DNA from: Eledone cirrhosa
Taxonomy: Eukaryota
Direction: 5' to 3'
DNA: 64,000 nt
Assembly (NCBI GenBank): GCA_964016885.1
Contig: OZ024744.1
Span: forward strand, 6,634,001-6,698,000
Of this stretch, positions 1 to 12,000 are shown piece by piece. Made by a program: the position numbers and the translations under genes. The notes beneath the pieces were generated by a model. It searched no databases and was not told the DNA's origin. It saw only the letters and a list, made by a program, of their open reading frames with translations. Positions within the stretch are counted from its first letter, which is position 1; every line of letters begins with the position of its first letter.

Positions 1-3000
1 GTATTGCACTGATGTAGATGTGGTGCAGTAACGGTTATGTCTACTGTAGTATTGCACTGAGGTAGGTGTGGTGCAGTAACGGTTATGTCTACGGCAGTAT
101 TGCACTGATGTAGGTGTGGTGCAGTAACGGTTATGTCTACTGCAGTATTGCACTGAGGTAGGTGTGGTGCAGTAACGGTTATGTCTACTGCAATATTGCA
201 CTGATGTAGGTGTGGTGCAGTAACGGTTATGTCTACTGCAGTATTGCACTGATGTAGGTGTGGTGCAGTAACGGTTATGTCTACTGCAGTATTGCACTGA
301 TGTAGGTGTGGTGCAGTAACAGTTATGTCTACTGCAGTATTGCACTGAGGTAGGTGTGGTGCAGTATCGGTTATGTCTACTGCAGTATTGCACTGATGTA
401 GTTGTGGTGCAGTACCGGTTATGTCTACTGAAGTATTGCACTGATGTAGGTGTGGTGCAGTAACGGTTTTTTCTACTGCAGTATTGCACTGATGTAGGTG
501 TGGTGCCGTAACGGTTATGTTTACTGCAGTATTGCACTGATGTAGCTGTGGTGCAGTAACAGTTATGTCTACTGCAGTATTGCACTGATGTAGGTGTGGT
601 GCTGTAAAGGTTATGTCTCTTGCAGTATTGCACTGAGTTAGGTGTGGTGCAGTAATGGTATGTCTACTGCAGTATTGCACTGATATAGGTGTGGTGCAGT
701 AACGGTTATGTCTACTGCAGTATTGCACTGATGTAGGTGTGGTGCAGTAACGGTTATGTCTACTGCAGTATGGCACTGATGTAGGTGAGGTGCAGTACGG
801 TTAAATCTACTGCAGTATTGCACTGATGTAGGTGTGGTGCAGTAGCGGTTATTTCAACTGCAGTATTGCACTGATGTAGATGTGGTGCACTAACGGTTAT
901 ATATACTGCAGTATTGCACTGAGGTAGTTGTGGTGCAGTAACGGTTATGTCTACTGCAATATTGCACTAGGTAGGTGTGGTGCAGTAACGATTATGTCTA
1001 CTGCAGTATTGCACTGATGTAGGTGTGGTGCAGTAACAGTTATGTCTACTGCAGTATTGCACTGAGGTAGGTGTGGTGCAGTATCGGTTATGTCTACTGC
1101 AGTATTGCACTGATGTAGGTGTGGTGCAGTACCAGTTATGTCTACTGAAGTATTGTACTTATGTAGGTGTGGTGCAGTAACGGTTATTTCTACTGCAATA
1201 TTGCACTGATGTAGGTGTGGTGGCGTAACGGTTATGTCTACTGCAGTATTGCACTGAGGTAGGTGTGGTGCAGTAACGATTATGTCGACTGCAGTATTGC
1301 ACTGATGTAGGTGTGGTGCAGTAACGGTTATCTCTACTGCAGTATTGAACTGATGTAGTTGTGGTGCAGTAACGATTATGTCCACTGCAGTATTGCACTG
1401 ATGTAGGTGTGGTGCAGAAGAGGTTATGTCTACTGCAGTATTGCACTGATGTAGGTATGGTGCAGTAACGGTTATGTCTACTGTAGTATTGCACTGATGT
1501 AGGTGTGATGCAGTAACGGATATGTCTACTGCAGTATTGCACTGAGATAGGTGTGGTGCAGTAACGGTTATGTCTACTGCAGTATTTCACTGATGTAGGT
1601 GTGGTGCAGTAACGGTTAAGTCTACTGCAGTATTGCACTGAAGTAAGTGTGGTGCAGTAACGGTTATGTCTACTGCAGTATTGCACTGATGTAGGTGTGG
1701 TGCAGTAACAGTTATGTCTACTGCAGTATTGCACTGATGTAGGTGTGGTGCTGTAAAGGTTATGTCTATTGCACTATTGCACTGATGTAGGTGTGGTGCA
1801 GTAACGGTTATGTCTACTGTAGTATTGCACTGACGTAGATGTGGTGCAGTAACGGTTATGTCTACTGCAGTATTGCACTGAGATAGGTGTGGTACAGTAA
1901 CGGTTATTTCTACTGCAGTATTGCACTGATGTAGATGTGGTGCATTAACGGTTATGTCTACTGCAGTATTGCACTGATGTAGGTGTGGTGCAGTACCAGT
2001 TATGTCAACTGAAGTATTGCACTGATGTAGGTGTGGTGCAGTAACGGTTATTTCTACTGCAGTATTGCATTGATGTAGGTGTGGTGCCGTAACGGTTATG
2101 TCTACTGCAGTATTGCACTGAGGTAGGTGTGGTGCAGTAACGATTATGTCGACTGCAGTATTGCACTGATGTTGGTGTGGTGCAGTAACGATTATGTCTA
2201 CTGCAGTATTGCACTGATGTAGGTGTGGTGCAGTAACGGTTATGTCTACTGCAGTATTGCACTGATGTAGGTGTGGTGCAGTAACGGTTATGTCTACTGC
2301 AGTATTCCATTGATGTAGGTGGATGCAGTAACGGTTATGTCTACTGCAGTATTGCACTGATGTAGGTGTGGTGAAGTAGCGGTTATTTCTACAGCAGTAT
2401 TGCACTGATGTAGATGTGGTGCACTAACGGTTATGTCTACTGCAGTGTTGCACTGAGGTAGTTGTGGTGCAGTAACGGTTATGTCTACTGCAATATTGCA
2501 CTAGGTAGGTGTGGTGCAGTAACGATTATGTCTACTGCAGTATAGCACTGATGTAGGTGTGGTGCAGTAACGGTTATTCTACTGCAGTATTGCACTGATG
2601 TAGGTGTGGTGCAGTAACGGTCATTTCTACTGCAGTATTGCACTGATGTAGGTGTGGTGCAGTAACGGTTATGTCTACTGCAGTATTGCACTGATGTAGG
2701 TGTGGTGCAGTAACGGTTATGTGTACTGCATTATTGCACTGATGTAGGTATGGTGCAGTAACGGTTATGTCTACTGCAGTATTACACTGATGTAGGTGTG
2801 GTGCAGTAACGGTTATGTCTACTGCAGTATTGCACTGATGTAGGTGTGGTGCTGTAACGGTTATGTCTATTGCAGTATTACACTGAGGTAGGTGTGGTGC
2901 AGTATCGGTTATGTCTACTGCAGTATTGCACTGATGTAGGTGTGGTGCAGTAACGGTTATGTCTACTGCATTATTGCACTGATGTAGGTGTGGTGCAGTA

Positions 3001-6000
3001 ACGGTTATGTCTACTGCAGTATTACACTGATGTAGGTGTGGTGCAGTAACGGTTATGTCTACTGCAGTATTGCACTGATGTAGGTGTAGTGCAGTAACGG
3101 TTATGTCTACTGCAGTATTGCTCTGATGTAGGTGTGGTGCTGTAACGGTTATGTCTATTGCAGTATTGCACTGAGGTAGGTGTGGTGCAGTAACGGTTAT
3201 GTCTACTGCAGTATTGCACTGATGTAGCTATGGTGCAGTAACGGTTATGTCAACTGCATTATTGCACTGATGTAGGTGTGGTGCAGTAACGGTTATGTCT
3301 AGTGCAGTATTGCACTGATGTAGGTGTGATGCAGTAACGGATATGTCTACTGCAGTATTGCACTGAGATAGGTGTGGTGCAGTAACGGTTATGTCTACTG
3401 CAGTATTGCACTGATGTAGGTGTGGTGCTGTAACGGTTATGTCTATTGCAGTATTGCACTGAGGTAGGTGTGGTGCAGTAACGGTTATGTCTACTGCAGT
3501 ATTGCACTGATGTAGGTATGGTGCAGTAACGGTTATGTCTACTGCAGTATTGCACTGATGTAGGTGTGGTGCAGTAACGGTTATGTCTACTGCTGTATTG
3601 CACTGATGTAGGTGTGGTGCAGTAACGGTTATGTCTACCGCATTATTGCACTGATGTAGGTGTGTTGCAGTAACGGTTATGTCTAGTGCAGTATTGCACT
3701 GAGGTAGGTGTTGTGCAGTAACGGTTATTTCTACTGCAGTATTGCACTGATGTAGGTGTGGTGCAGTAACGGTTATGTCTACTGTAGTATTGCACTGAGG
3801 TAGGTGTGGTGCAGTAACGGTTATGTCTACTGCAGTAGTGCACTGATGTAGGTGTGGTGCAGTAACGGTTATGTCTACTGCAATATTGCACTGATGTAGG
3901 TGTGGTGCAGTACGGTTAAATCTACTGCAGTATTGCACTGATGTAGGTGTGGTGCAGTAGCGGTTATTTCTACTGCAGTATTGCACTGATGTAGATGTGG
4001 TGCACTAACGGTTATGTCTACTGCAGTATTGCACTGATGTAGGTGTGGTGCAGTAACGGTTATGTATACTGCAATATTGCACTAGGTAGGTGTGGTGCAG
4101 TAACGGTTATGTCTACTGTAGTATTGCACTGATGTAGGTGTGACGCAGTAACGGATATGTCTACTGCAGTATTGCACTGAGATAGGTGTGGTGCAGTAAC
4201 GGTTATGTCTACTGCAGTATTTCACTGAAGTAGGTGTGGTGCAGTAACGGTTAAGTCTACAGCAGTATTGCACTGAAGTAAGTGTGGTGCAGTAACGGTT
4301 ATGTCTACTGCAGTATTGCACTGATATAGGTGTGGTGCAGCAACAGTTATGTCTACTGCAGTATTGCACTGATGTAGGTGTGTTGCTGTAAAGGTTATGT
4401 CTATTGCAGTATTGCACTGATGTAGGTGTGGTGCAGTAACGGTTATGTCTACTGCATCATTGCACTGATGTAGATGTGGTGCAGTAACGTTTATGTTTAC
4501 TGCAGTATTGCACTGAGATAGGTGTGGTACAGTAACGGTTATTTATACTGCAGTATTGCACTGATGTAGATGTGGTGCAGTAACGGTTATGTCTACTGTA
4601 GTATTGCACTGAGGTAGGTGTGGTGCAGTAACGGTTATGTCTACTGCAGTATTGCACTGATGTAGGTGTGGTGCAGTAACGGTTATGTCTACTGCTGTAT
4701 TGCACTGATGTAGGTGTGGTGCAGTAACGGTTATGTCTACCGCATTATTGCACTGATGTAGGTGTGTTGCAGTAACGGTTATGTCTAGTGCAGTATTGCA
4801 CTGAGGTAGGTGTTGTGCAGTAACGGTTATTTCTACTGCAGTATTGCACTGATGTAGGTGTGGTGCAGTAACGGTTTTGTCTACTGTAGTATTGCACTGA
4901 GGTAGGTGTGGTGCAGTAACGGTTATGTCTACTGCAGTAGTGCACTGATGTAGGTGTGGTGCAGTAACGGTTATGTCTACTGCAATATTGCACTGATGTA
5001 GGTGTGGTGCAGTACGGTTAAATCTACTGCAGTATTGCACTGATGTAGGTGTGGTGCAGTAGCGGTTATTTCTACTGCAGTATTGCACTGATGTAGATGT
5101 GGTGCACTAACGGTTATGTCTACTGCAGTATTGCACTGATGTAGGTGTGGTGCAGTAACGGTTATGTATACTGCAATATTGCACTAGGTAGGTGTGGTGC
5201 AGTAACGGTTATGTCTACTGTAGTATTGCACTGATGTAGGTGTGACGCAGTAACGGATATGTCTACTGCAGTATTGCACTGAGATAGGTGTGGTGCAGTA
5301 ACGGTTATGTCTAGTGCAGTATTTCACTGAAGTAGGTGTGGTGCAGTAACGGTTAAGTCTACAGCAGTATTGCACTGAAGTAAGTGTGGTGCAGTAACGG
5401 TTATGTCTACTGCAGTATTGCACTGATATAGGTGTGGTGCAGCAACAGTTATGTCTACTGCAGTATTGCACTGATGTAGGTGTGGTGCTGTAAAGGTTAT
5501 GTCTATTGCAGTATTGCACTGATGTAGGTGTGGTGCAGTAACGGTTATGTCTACTGCATCATTGCACTGATGTAGATGTGGTGCAGTAACGGTTATGTTT
5601 ACTGCAGTATTGCACTGAGATAGGTGTGGTACAGTAACGGTTATTTATACTGCAGTATTGCACTGATGTAGATGTGGTGCAGTAACGGTTATGTCTACTG
5701 TAGTATTGCACTGAGGTAGGTGTGGTGCAGTAACGGTTATGTCTACGGCAGTATTGCACTGATGTAGGTGTGGTGCAGTAACGGTTATGTCTACTGCAGT
5801 ATTGCACTGAGGTAGGTGTGGTGCAGTAACGGTTATGTCTACTGCAATATTGCACTGATGTAGGTGTGGTGCAGTAACGGTTATGTCTACTGCAGTATTG
5901 CACTGATGTAGGTGTGGTGCAGTAACGGTTATGTCTACTGCAGTATTGCACTGATGTAGGTGTGGTGCAGTAACAGTTATGTCTACTGCAGTATTGCACT

Positions 6001-9000
6001 GAGGTAGGTGTGGTGCAGTATCGGTTATGTCTACTGCAGTATTGCACTGATGTAGGTGTGGTGCAGTACCGGTTATGTCTACTGAAGTATTGCACTGATG
6101 TAGGTGTGGTGCAGTAACGGTTTTTTCTACTGCAGTATTGCACTGATGTAGGTGTGGTGCCGTAACGGTTATGTTTACTGCAGTATTGCACTGATGTAGC
6201 TGTGGTGCAGTAACAGTTATGTCTACTGCAGTATTGCACTGATGTAGGTGTGGTGCTGTAAAGGTTATGTCTCTTGCAGTATTGCACTGAGTTAGGTGTG
6301 GTGCAGTAATGGTATGTCTACTGCAGTATTGCACTGATATAGGTGTGGTGCAGTAACGGTTATGTCTACTGCAGTATTGCACTGATGTAGGTGTGGTGCA
6401 GTAACGGTTATGTCTACTGCAGTATGGCACTGATGTAGGTGAGGTGCAGTACGGTTAAATCTACTGCAGTATTGCACTGATGTAGGTGTGGTGCAGTAGC
6501 GGTTATTTCAACTGCAGTATTGCACTGATGTAGATGTGGTGCACTAACGGTTATATATACTGCAGTATTGCACTGAGGTAGTTGTGGTGCAGTAACGGTT
6601 ATGTCTACTGCAATATTGCACTAGGTAGGTGTGGTGCAGTAACGATTATGTCTACTGCAGTATTGCACTGATGTAGGTGTGGTGCAGTAACAGTTATGTC
6701 TACTGCAGTATTGCACTGAGGTAGGTGTGGTGCAGTATCGGTTATGTCTACTGCAGTATTGCACTGATGTAGGTGTGGTGCAGTACCAGTTATGTCTACT
6801 GAAGTATTGTACTTATGTAGGTGTGGTGCAGTAACGGTTATTTCTACTGCAATATTGCACTGATGTAGGTGTGGTGGCGTAACGGTTATGTCTACTGCAG
6901 TATTGCACTGAGGTAGGTGTGGTGCAGTAACGATTATGTCGACTGCAGTATTGCACTGATGTAGGTGTGGTGCAGTAACGGTTATCTCTACTGCAGTATT
7001 GAACTGATGTAGTTGTGGTGCAGTAACGATTATGTCCACTGCAGTATTGCACTGATGTAGGTGTGGTGCAGAAGAGGTTATGTCTACTGCAGTATTGCAC
7101 TGATGTAGGTATGGTGCAGTAACGGTTATGTCTACTGTAGTATTGCACTGATGTAGGTGTGATGCAGTAACGGATATGTCTACTGCAGTATTGCACTGAG
7201 ATAGGTGTGGTGCAGTAACGGTTATGTCTACTGCAGTATTTCACTGATGTAGGTGTGGTGCAGTAACGGTTAAGTCTACTGCAGTATTGCACTGAAGTAA
7301 GTGTGGTGCAGTAACGGTTATGTCTACTGCAGTATTGCACTGATGTAGGTGTGGTGCAGTAACAGTTATGTCTACTGCAGTATTGCACTGATGTAGGTGT
7401 GGTGCTGTAAAGGTTATGTCTATTGCACTATTGCACTGATGTAGGTGTGGTGCAGTAACGGTTATGTCTACTGTAGTATTGCACTGACGTAGATGTGGTG
7501 CAGTAACGGTTATGTCTACTGCAGTATTGCACTGAGATAGGTGTGGTACAGTAACGGTTATTTCTACTGCAGTATTGCACTGATGTAGATGTGGTGCATT
7601 AACGGTTATGTCTACTGCAGTATTGCACTGATGTAGGTGTGGTGCAGTACCAGTTATGTCAACTGAAGTATTGCACTGATGTAGGTGTGGTGCAGTAACG
7701 GTTATTTCTACTGCAGTATTGCATTGATGTAGGTGTGGTGCCGTAACGGTTATGTCTACTGCAGTATTGCACTGAGGTAGGTGTGGTGCAGTAACGATTA
7801 TGTCGACTGCAGTATTGCACTGATGTTGGTGTGGTGCAGTAACGATTATGTCTACTGCAGTATTGCACTGATGTAGGTGTGGTGCAGTAACGGTTATGTC
7901 TACTGCAGTATTGCACTGATGTAGGTGTGGTGCAGTAACGGTTATGTCTACTGCAGTATTCCATTGATGTAGGTGGATGCAGTAACGGTTATGTCTACTG
8001 CAGTATTGCACTGATGTAGGTGTGGTGAAGTAGCGGTTATTTCTACAGCAGTATTGCACTGATGTAGATGTGGTGCACTAACGGTTATGTCTACTGCAGT
8101 GTTGCACTGAGGTAGTTGTGGTGCAGTAACGGTTATGTCTACTGCAATATTGCACTAGGTAGGTGTGGTGCAGTAACGATTATGTCTACTGCAGTATAGC
8201 ACTGATGTAGGTGTGGTGCAGTAACGGTTATTCTACTGCAGTATTGCACTGATGTAGGTGTGGTGCAGTAACGGTCATTTCTACTGCAGTATTGCACTGA
8301 TGTAGGTGTGGTGCAGTAACGGTTATGTCTACTGCAGTATTGCACTGATGTAGGTGTGGTGCAGTAACGGTTATGTGTACTGCATTATTGCACTGATGTA
8401 GGTATGGTGCAGTAACGGTTATGTCTACTGCAGTATTACACTGATGTAGGTGTGGTGCAGTAACGGTTATGTCTACTGCAGTATTGCACTGATGTAGGTG
8501 TGGTGCTGTAACGGTTATGTCTATTGCAGTATTACACTGAGGTAGGTGTGGTGCAGTATCGGTTATGTCTACTGCAGTATTGCACTGATGTAGGTGTGGT
8601 GCAGTAACGGTTATGTCTACTGCATTATTGCACTGATGTAGGTGTGGTGCAGTAACGGTTATGTCTACTGCAGTATTACACTGATGTAGGTGTGGTGCAG
8701 TAACGGTTATGTCTACTGCAGTATTGCACTGATGTAGGTGTAGTGCAGTAACGGTTATGTCTACTGCAGTATTGCTCTGATGTAGGTGTGGTGCTGTAAC
8801 GGTTATGTCTATTGCAGTATTGCACTGAGGTAGGTGTGGTGCAGTAACGGTTATGTCTACTGCAGTATTGCACTGATGTAGCTATGGTGCAGTAACGGTT
8901 ATGTCAACTGCATTATTGCACTGATGTAGGTGTGGTGCAGTAACGGTTATGTCTAGTGCAGTATTGCACTGATGTAGGTGTGATGCAGTAACGGATATGT

Positions 9001-9061
9001 CTACTGCAGTATTGCACTGAGATAGGTGTGGTGCAGTAACGGTTATGTCTACTGCAGTATT
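1..9061. repeat. Near-identical segmental duplication, offset 5654 bp (1-3407 vs 5655-9061)
   Basis: Identical ORFs are offset by exactly 5654 (638/6292, 951/6605, 1159/6813, 1587/7241, 2005/7659, 2485/8139, 3022/8676). I spotted one mismatch (402 T vs 6056 G). The match ends at 3408 G vs 9062 T. Confidence 0.93.
3519..5746. repeat. Tandem duplication of a 23-monomer block, period 1102 bp
   Basis: ORF pairs 3643/4745 and 4082/5184 are offset by 1102 (23x48 minus two 1-bp deletions). Rare variants are shared (TGACGCAG, CAGCAACAG, GCATCATTG), with about 4 mismatches between copies. Confidence 0.9.
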
Positions 9062-12000
9062 TCACTGATGTAGGTGTGGTGCAGTAACGGTTAAGTCTAC
9101 TGCAGTATTGCACTGAAGTAAGTGTGGTGCAGTAACGGTTATGTCTACTGCAGTATTGCACTGATGTAGGTGTGGTGCAGTAACAGTTATGTCTACTGCA
9201 GTATTGCACTGATGTAGGTGTGGTGCTGTAAAGGTTATGTCTATTGCAGTATTGCACTGATGTAGGTGTGGTGCAGTAACGGTTATGTCTACTGCATTAT
9301 TGCACTGATGTAGATGTGGTGCAGTAACGGTTATGTCTACTGCAGTATTGCACTGAGATAGGTGTGGTGCATTAACGGTTATGTCTACTGCAGTATTGCA
9401 CTGATGTAGGTGTGGTGCAGTAACAGTTATGTCTACTGAAGTATTGCACTGATGTAGATGTGGTGCACTAACGGTTATATATACTGCAGTATTGCACTGA
9501 GGTAGTTGTGGTGCAGTGAAGGTTATGTCTATTGCAGTATTGCACTGAGGTAGGTGTGGTGCAGTAACGGTTATTTCTGCTGCAGTATTGCACTGATGTA
9601 GTTGTGGTGCAGTAACGGTTATGTCTACTGCAGTATTGCACTGAGGTAAATGTGGTGCAGTAACGGTTATGTCTACTGCATTATTGTACTGATGTAGGTG
9701 TGGTGCAGTAACGGTTATGTCTACTGCAGTATTGCACTTAGGTAGGTGTGGTGCAGTAACAGTTATGTCTACTGCAGTATTGCACTTAGGTAGGTGTGGT
9801 GCAGTAACGGTTATGTCTACTGCAGTATTGCACTGATGTAGGTGTGGTGCAGTAACGGATATTTCTACTGCAGTATTGCACTTAGGTAGGTGTGGTGCAG
9901 TAACGGTTATGTCAACTGCAGTATTGCACTGATGTAGGAGTGGTGCAGTAACGGTTATGTCTACTGCAGTATTGCACTGAGTTAGGTGTGGTGCAGTAAC
10001 GATTATGTCGACTGCAGTATTACACTGATGTAGGTGTGGTGCAGTAACGGTTATGTCTACTGCAGTATTGCACTGATGTAGGTGTAGTGCAGTAACGGTT
10101 ATGTCTACTGCAGTATTGCACTGATGTAGGTGTGGTGCTGTAACGGTTATGTCTATTGCAGTATTGCACTGAGGTAGGTGTGGTGCAGTAACGGTTATGT
10201 CTACTGCAGTATTGCACTGATGTAGGTATGGTGCAGTAACGGTTATGTCTACTGCAGTATTGCACTGATGTAGGTGTGGTGCAGTAACGGTTATGTCTAC
10301 TGCTGTATTGCACTGATGTAGGTGTGGTGCAGCAACGGTTATGTCTACCGCATTATTGCACTGATGTAGGTGTGTTGCAGTAACGGTTTTGTCTAGTGCA
10401 GTATTGCACTGAGGTAGGTGTTGTGCAGTAACGGTTATTTCTACTGCAGTGCACTGATGTAGGTGTGGTGCAGTAACGGTTATTCTACTGTAGTATTGCA
10501 CTGAGGTAGGTGTGGTGCAGTAACGGTTATGTCTACTGCAGTAGTGCACTGATGTAGGTGTGGTGCAGTAACGGTTATGTCTACTGCAATATTGCACTGA
10601 TGTAGGTGTGGTGCAGTACGGTTAAATCTACTGCAGTATTGCACTGATGTAGGTGTGGTGCAGTAGCGGTTATTTCTACTGCAGTATTGCACTGATGTAG
10701 ATGTGGTGCACTAACGGTTATGTCTACTGCAGTATTGCACTGATGTAGGTGTGGTGCAGTAACGGTTATGTCTACTGCAATATTGCACTAGGTAGGTGTG
10801 GTGCAGTAACGATTATGTCTACTTCAGTATTGCAATGATGTAGGTGTGGTGCAGTAACAGTTATGTCTACTGCAGTATTGCACTGATGTTGGTGTGGTGC
10901 AGTAACGGTTATGTCTACTGCAGTATTGCACTGATGTACGTGTGGTGCAGTGAAGGTTATGTCTATTGCAATATTGCACTGAGGTAGGTGTGGTGCAGTA
11001 ACGGTTATTTCTACTGCAGTATTGCACTGATGTAGTTGTGGTGCAGTAACGGTTATGTCTACTGCAGTATTGCACTGAGGTAAATGTGGTGCAGTAACGG
11101 TTATGTCTACTGCATTATTGCACTGATGTAGGTGTGGTGCAGTAACGGTTATGTCTACTGCAGTATTGCACTTAGGTAGGTGTGGTGCAGTAACAGTTAT
11201 GTCTACTGCAGTATTGCACTTAGGTAGGTGTGGTGCAGTAACGGTTATGTCTACTGAAGTATTGCACTGATGTAGGTGTGGTGCAGTAACGGATATTTCT
11301 ACTGCAGTTTTGCACTTAGGTAGGTGTGGTGCAGTAACGGTTATGTCTACTGCAGTATTGCACTGATGTAGGTGTGGTGCAGCAACGGTTATTCTACTGC
11401 AGTATTGCACTGATGTAGGTGTGGTGCAGTAACGGTTATTTCTACTGCAGTATTGCACTGATGTAGGTGTGGTGCAGTAACGGTTATGTCTACTGCTGTA
11501 TTGCACTGATGTAGGTGTGTTGAAGTAGCGGTTATTTCTACAGCAGTATTGCACTGATGTAAATGTGGTGCACTAACGGTTATGTATACTGCAGTGTTGC
11601 ACTGAGGTAGTTGTGATGAAGTAACGGTTATGTCTACTGCAATATTGCACGAGGTAGGTGTGGTGCAGTAACGATTATGTCTACTGCAGTATTGCACTGA
11701 TGTAGGTGTGGTGCATTAACGGTTATTCTACTGCAGTATTGCACTGATGTAGGTGTGGTGCAGTAACGGTTATTTCTACTGCAGTATTGCACTGATGTAG
11801 GTGTGGTGCAGTAACGGTTATGTCTACTGCAGTATTGCACTGATGTAGGTGTGGTGCAGTAACGGTTATGTCTACTGCAGTATTACACTGATGTAGGTGT
11901 GGTGCAGTAACGATTATGTCGACTGCAGTATTGCACTGAGGTAGGTGTGGTGCAGTAACAGTTATTTCTACTGCAGTATTCCACTGAGGTAGGTGTGGTA

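Noticed and set aside
1-48. Monomer as a dimer of 24-bp or trimer of 16-bp subunits
   Set aside because: The TGCA cores are spaced 19/21/8 bp and the halves do not align convincingly.
251-265. G-quadruplex or Chi site in the GT-rich tract
   Set aside because: There are only GG doublets (three per monomer, no GGG runs in the consensus), and the E. coli Chi sequence GCTGGTGG is not in the consensus.
9062-10597. Zinc-finger, metal-binding or mucin protein suggested by the His/Cys/Thr periodicity
   Set aside because: The spacing does not fit C2H2 or other motifs I know, and the composition follows directly from the DNA consensus.
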